Assembly: GCF_000150275.1 (NCBI RefSeq)
Contig: NW_002060946.1
Span: forward strand, 7,546,829 to 7,610,828
Length of the DNA: 64,000 nucleotides
Direction of reading: 5' to 3'
Source of the DNA: Trichoplax adhaerens
Lineage: Eukaryota; Animalia; Placozoa
Shown here: one piece after another, positions 59,801 to 64,000 of the stretch
Numbering within the stretch: the stretch's first letter is position 1
Layout: the number at the start of each line of letters is the position of its first letter
Notes under the pieces: generated by a model
Seen by the model: the letters and a program-made list of their open reading frames with translations, nothing else
Database searches by the model: none
Told to the model about the DNA's origin: nothing
Translations under genes and position numbers: made by a program

Positions 59801-62800
59801 AGTTGATAATTACTGCTGACTGGCAGAAGCATTTTGTAGATCTTTACAATTGGATGCTGAAGAAAGATCGGAAAGGCGCAAGAAAAGAGAAGAAATCGCA
59901 AATAGACACAAAGATCAAGGAAATAAATACTTTCGAGAAGGCCAATTCGATTTAGCAATCGCAGAATATACCAAAGCAATAGAAACTGCAAAACACATCA
60001 CCGTCTATTACACTAACAGGGCACAGGTAAAATACTAATTAGTTTATAGGCGAAATTGCTATTAACTGAAACAGCATGTGATGCAGTGTCTGGTTAGACT
60101 GAACTACACTAAATCCAAATAGATTCTATCCATGAATCCTGTTTTCAATATCTATTTTAGGCCTATGTTAAACTGAAAGATTGGGACTCTTGCATCGCTG
60201 ACTGTGACATGGCATTACGGGTTCGATCTTCGATTATCTAACACTGTTTATACTACCTCTAATGTAATCCTTTTTGCAATAATTTTAATTCATCGATTGG
60301 TAACGCAATGATCATAGATTGATGAAAAATTCTTGAAAGCGTACGTCCATTATTCAAAAGCTTTGATTCAGCAAGCTAAATACGACGAGGTAATATCAAT
60401 CACTAGTACTCACGTAAAATGAAGTAATGAAATAGTAGTCAGTCTTAAATTGGACCTCAAAAGTAACCCTCCACTATTAAACCATCTGCTAATTGCATAG
60501 CATTAATTTATACAACAATCGTAAATTTTCAAAAGTTTTCATTGCAATTCATTAAGAATTTCAGCATTGATCTTATTTGATTACTTATTTCTTCGTAACG
60601 TATTAGGCCGACAAAATTCTAAATACTGCTGTTGAAAAAACCAAGCGAAACAAAATTATCCAAGGTTATTCTATACGTAAATCACGATCGAGAACAATAT
60701 CTGTTTTGCCAATTTCAGAACATTTTTAAAGAACTTTACTTTGGATACTCTGTATTATTCAACAGATTATAAAACACTTAACGAAATAGCAAGACAAGGC
60801 AAAACGGAAGAAAATGAGGTAAAAGAGCATTAATCACATAGTAATTAAAATTTTATCATATAAAGTGAAACTCCAATTGATTAATTTGGATTAAAAAATT
60901 TAGGCAATTACAGCTTCAACAAACGAGAGCCAGGAATACGAATTGATTAAAACACTAATTGGCAAATGCAATGATAGTACAACGGAAGAAAACGATATCG
61001 TTGTTGCCCTTGATACTTTAGGATTACAGCTTGGTGGTGGTAATGCGCGTCTACAATAACTGATTTACCTCATTTCATAATAACCAAAAGAAACTTCCAA
61101 CATTCACAATAAATAAGCATCTATTAATAGTTCTATCGAGAGTTTTAAGAGTATTCAAGGATTGATAACAATCGATTTTCTTATTAAATCAGCAGATTTA
61201 AAGCAGGCATATTATAGAGTGTGTGGAGGATGGGAAATTATTCACAAGAATTCTTTTATAACGCGGTTAGTGATGAATTTTTGCAAATAATTATTCTGGA
61301 TAGTGCATGGATTACTCTTATTACATTAATATCATTTATCTACCCTTTCAGATTATGGAAAGAATCTACCGTTAATAAAACTCAAGTGAATTTAATTACC
61401 GCCATGATTAGAATGATGACCGCAGCTATTGAAAATAATGGTAAGAGAAATAAATTATATACAATTGGCTGGCTAGATTCAAATTTATAGTTGCTCACAA
61501 TGCATACGTTATCAAGAAAACCGGATTTATCAATTATCAACAAATCACTCTCGAAATCGCTTTACAGATAGAAATTTACAGATACTATTAGAGGATTGCA
61601 AATTCTTGGAAATGGCTACCAAATGGATTAATTGCGATATTGAAGAAGTTGTGACTCATGTAACGATCATTATAGCCCTATTAGTAAAAGGATCGAATAG
61701 ATGCCAATGGATATTATTTAACAAGTTGCAAGAACAACCACGGTAGCTTCTTTATTGCATAATTATTATAATTCAAAGGATATCTGTAGTAATAACTTTA
61801 AATATGTTGTTTCTAGATTTTTACAATGTTTGACTAATATATCGTGTATGAACCGAAGATTAGCAAGGGTTACCTTGGATATCATCAAAAGTTTACAAGA
61901 ACAGGAAAGGTATAACTTTTTATGAATTAAAAATCTGAAAAAGAAACCGTAAAAATCTACTTGTGTGCAACAATATTGACAAGAATGTTTCATTTATCAC
62001 TTTATCTTCAGATTTCGAATCATTTGCAGAGAATCTATTAATAAATACATGGTGGATCCCCTTTGTAGTGCTCTGGTAAATCTTAAAATTTCTGTAATAG
62101 ATAAATTCATACCATATAGGCCGTTACATTGCCCAAACTAACATCCATTTCTACTTTTGTATTAGGGAGATGCGAAGAAATTAAAGAACTTAAAGACTGA
62201 GGATATCGCTTATTATTCATCTCTTTCCGAAATATTGCTCTTAATAGCTATTGATGACTGGTTTCGTGAACGTCTAGCAAAACAGACAGTTTTATGGTTG
62301 GGAATTGGGCATTTGCTTGTAAGCTAGCTATTCCATTGCTAACTACGCCTGTAATGAACCAGTCTACACAATTTTATTCAACTGCCAACATTTGTATTAA
62401 CATAACTTTAGAATATAGCTGCAAAAGCCCCAAAAAATGTTGAGAATTTACTCCATGCTATGTTAGGTTTAATGTTAAACCTTTGCGCCCAAGCGTCAGA
62501 AAATGCAGCCATTCAGGTTTAATGATAAACAAATAATCATAAAATTTAAATTAGGAGTAGACCAGCTGGCCGAACTAAAATATCTTCATATATTCTTTTC
62601 AAGATAGTCTTTCAAATGAACGCCGTTTTATTTGTCGCCTTTATGTCATAACTTCACTCGGATTAACATGACTTTGCGATATTTTTTAGAATTTTTCAAA
62701 CGATTTCCTTCCTAGTCTTGTTAACATCTTAACCACGAAAAATGAAGATATTTTCGAAGTACGAGTAAATAACTATATTTGTAAAAGTCCCACTTTTACA

Positions 62801-63914
62801 AGCAAAATCTGCATTTCATCTCTGTAATCTCTAATAACTAGTTACCTTTTGGCTTAATTACTACGCTGGATTATCTTACTCTCCACATCTAAAATTTTAG
62901 CGTTTAACTAGATGCATTGCGCGTCTTATTGGATTTTGTACAAAGAAATCATGGTCCTTAGATTTGTTACCTAAGATCTGCCCAGCAATATTGGTGGTAA
63001 GAAATATCTTAGGTTGATATTTAGAACCGTATATAAACTAAATGAAGTAAATTAAAAAATTAAAGCCTGTCCATTTCTGATGTTTGAGCCTAAACATATG
63101 TATTTCAATGTATATGAATTGATAGAATCGTGGTCGTTCAGTCACACTTAAAGCTTTATCGACATGTCTGGCCTATTGTACAAAAAATGACCAGAAAGCT
63201 GCCATCGAGTTTTTGCTCGACTTCAAAGGTAGTTGAAAATTGTCGTTTTTATTACTCACCACTTATTGATTACATTACTAGCTTAGGCTTTTTAACTAAA
63301 AGATAATATATAAACTGCTTTAATTTTTTACAATTTTTGTAGATTTAGTCACAATCTTTACTATGATGATTAATTCGGATGATGATAGCATTGTTGGTAA
63401 TTCTAGTCTTGCCTGCAGCCACATAATCGGACAAGGTAAAGAGTAATAGATATAAATCACCGTCTGAATATAGTACTGTGCACAATAAGTACCGCACTAG
63501 TTAATTAAATTTTGTCTACTTTTATTTATTGCTATTCTCGAATCTCCTACCGATGGATAGCAAAAATAAGTCAATTATTTATTGGAAGCGATATCGTTGC
63601 TGATTTATTACGGATAGTGGATAGCAGTCGGAAAAATGTTACACGAAAAAATGCTGGGATTGCATTGGCTAAATTAAGCCAAAGCGATGCAAGGTAAGAG
63701 CAAGTTTGTTGATGCTTCTGGATTTTTTGACACCTTATAGCCTATAACAATTCAAGATAATATTAATGATATTTCATAAATGCCAGATTGCACGAATAAA
63801 AACACTAAGCGACAATTACTAATTGTTTTTCATTTAAGGCATCTGGAAAGGCTGCGGGATTTACATGGCGTAGAAATTCTTCACTCAGTTTTAGATTCAT
63901 TTGGAAAAATTTAA
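56867..63914 (+). CDS. TTC12: Tetratricopeptide repeat protein 12 (TPR + ARM; ciliary dynein assembly)
   Basis: Exon 1 56867-56918 MNQEQELDSFLDKINNV spliced to ESLVKDLASSD (59359). Also DAEERSERRKKREEIANRHKDQGNKYFREG..VYYTNRAQAYVKL and C-terminal RKNAGIALAKLSQSDARHLERLRDLHGVEILHS. Confidence 0.9.
56950..58300. repeat. Compound tandem array (~170-190-bp core, ~6 copies) in TTC12 intron 1
   Basis: gagaaagcctccaaattaatacatagggctaaagcaatggctacttggctacatcgatcaacagtaaacatgacagatag recurs near 57115, 57385, 57555, 57733, 57920 and, diverged, 58200. Confidence 0.93.
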
Positions 63915-64000
63915 GCTTTTACAAATTTCTAGATTAAATAAATACTATAGAATAATTGAAAACGCAGAAATTAATAAGCGGTTTCTGTTAGATGAAGTTA

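Overview
Eukaryotic, AT-rich, intron-dense animal DNA with short GT-AG introns and decayed GPCRs. It most resembles a placozoan (Trichoplax-like) scaffold; this assignment is an inference. 1-16 kb is an unstable accessory zone. It holds a birth-and-death array of phospholipid scramblase (PLSCR-like) genes: one intact, one with an intact domain but a decayed N-terminal extension, and two relics. It also holds a recent ~690-bp inverted duplication, two GPCR pseudogenes, a Ty3/Gypsy RNase H relic and an assembly gap. 16-64 kb is a conserved block: NOMO(+), HINFP(-), COPA(+), PPP1R11(+), CBL(-), TTC12(+). The most striking unexplained signal is non-coding. Promoter regions carry chains of TA-punctuated units (TA-CAG-TA, TA-CTG-TA, TA-CA-TA, TA-TG-TA, TA-CAGTG-TA, TA-GACTG-TA) resembling stacked Tc1/mariner excision footprints. 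Paralogous minisatellite units show empty versus filled sites. Five unrelated 105-190 bp tandem arrays also sit at gene 5' ends. Exon coordinates were read by eye and may be off by a few bases; no database searches were run.
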